Shown: positions 62,697 to 64,000 of the stretch, one piece after another
Position numbering within the stretch: the stretch's first letter is position 1
Layout: the number at the start of each line of letters is the position of its first letter
Source: the human T2T-CHM13v2.0 reference genome, Homo sapiens
Assembly (NCBI RefSeq): GCF_009914755.1
Contig: NC_060930.1
Strand: one strand, 5' to 3'
Length of the DNA stretch: 64,000 nt
The notes under the pieces: model-generated
Database searches by the model: none
What the model saw: the letters and a program-made list of their open reading frames with translations, nothing else
What the model was told of the DNA's origin: nothing
Translations under genes and position numbers: made by a program

Positions 62697-63050
62697 TCCC
62701 TTAGTCTATTCAGGCTTCTGTAACAAAATACCTTAGACCTGTTCTTATAAACCAGAGAAATTTATTGCTTATGGTTTTGGAGACTGAAAAGTCCAGGATC
62801 AAAAAGTCAGCATATTCAGTGTCTAGTGAGAGCTCGTTCCTCATAGATGGCACCTGATATGTGTCTCACATGGAGGAAAGGGCAAAAAGGCTCCCTCAAA
62901 TCTCCTTTATAAGGGCACTAATCCCATTCACAAGGGCTCTGCAATCATGACCTAATCACCTCCAAGGGCTCTACCTTTTAGCACTATCACCTTGGGGGTC
63001 AGGTTTTAACACATGGATTTTGGGGAGACACAAATATTCAGACCATAGCA
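62697..63050 (-). mobile_element. MLT1A/MLT1A0 solo LTR
   Basis: cttagtctattcaggc...aatattcagaccatagca; TSD tggcc/cggcc at 62692-62696 and 63051-63055. Confidence 0.87.
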
Positions 63051-63814
63051 CGGCCAAACCAAAGAGGCAGTTCTTTCTGTTGCCTGCTTTGTGACTGAAA
63101 TCAACTTGGAATTATCTATTTTATATCTCAAATTAGGCCTCCTCCCACCACAAACACCTCAAGTTCAATACATAATAAAGTACTAAAGATAAACCCAGGC
63201 ATTAGTCATTTAAAATCATAAAATATATGCAATATTTTTCGGAACACAGGACATGACTAAATTCAAGTGAAAAAGTAACATGAGTAGTATCTGTTGTGGA
63301 GTGTGGGAGTCCTGATTTAAAAATAATACTTAAATGAGAAAATAAAATATATAATCATACAAAAAATAAAAGCATTCATAATCCCACTACAGAGACATAA
63401 CCACTACCACCTTCTATTTCTTCTAAGATTTTATATTTTTAACAACTTTATTTTTGCTAACTCAACTGCTAAGGGAAAGGCATTTAATTACACAAATATC
63501 TCCATTAGTTTTAATGGTTAAAATGATATGTTCCACTCGAATCCAAGATACTAAAGGATTTTTACAGACAGCAAAATATATCAAATGAATGATTAAATTT
63601 CTAGAAATAATAATAACTGTAAATTAAATAAATATAATTTGAACATTAAAATGTGATGAAAGGTTATTGTACTCACCAAACAAAGAGAAGCCTTGATCAT
63701 GGGTGGGTGGTTGGAGATGAAGGGCAAAGGAACCATTTTCTAGAAGGCAGTGAGAGTTAGTGATCAACTTTCTGACAGGTAACCTTATTTGGGCACCTGG
63801 TTGTCTTGCACTCA

Positions 63815-64000
63815 AAATGCATGTTTTGATGTAGACAAACACATCCCAAATTTTAATGGTTTAAAACAACAAACTATTATATTTTCAGAATTCTGTTGGT
63901 TAGATGGGCTAGTTTTTAAAAATCCTTGTCAGCTTGGCTGATGTCTCTTGTTAGCCAGTGACACAGCTGGAAGTGGCTGGTCTAGGACAGTGGTAGGCAA
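63815..64000 (-). mobile_element. MLT1-family LTR fragment running off the window end
   Basis: cccaaattttaatggtttaaaacaacaaac...agaattctgttggttaga. Confidence 0.45.

Overview
This is hominoid primate (human or great-ape-like) non-coding DNA, AT-rich and dominated by transposable elements. I recognise no host protein-coding gene, RNA gene or CRISPR array, and all ORFs over about 150 aa come from L1 elements. Main contents: (1) four young L1PA copies: a twin-primed, 5'-inverted L1PA3/4 inside an MST LTR; a 2.75-kb truncated L1PA4/5; a full-length but disabled 6.0-kb L1PA2 with a 13-bp TSD; and a 0.9-kb minus-strand L1PA4-like copy; (2) a solo LTR12C; (3) a near-complete Tigger1 carrying a nested ERV1 LTR; (4) several Alus, older L1M, L2 and MIR fragments, and MaLR/ERVL LTRs. 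The most unusual signal is sequence transfer between neighbouring elements. A 137-bp piece of the first L1, carrying that copy's private variants, sits inside the LTR12C 2.2 kb away with microhomology junctions and no TSD or poly(A). The four L1PA copies, although of different subfamilies, also share non-consensus point variants pairwise, which suggests local non-allelic gene conversion. I also flag candidate unannotated exons and AP-1-rich enhancer-like segments, with low confidence. Subfamily names come from recalled consensus sequences and need RepeatMasker/Dfam confirmation. I found no evidence of a new gene system.
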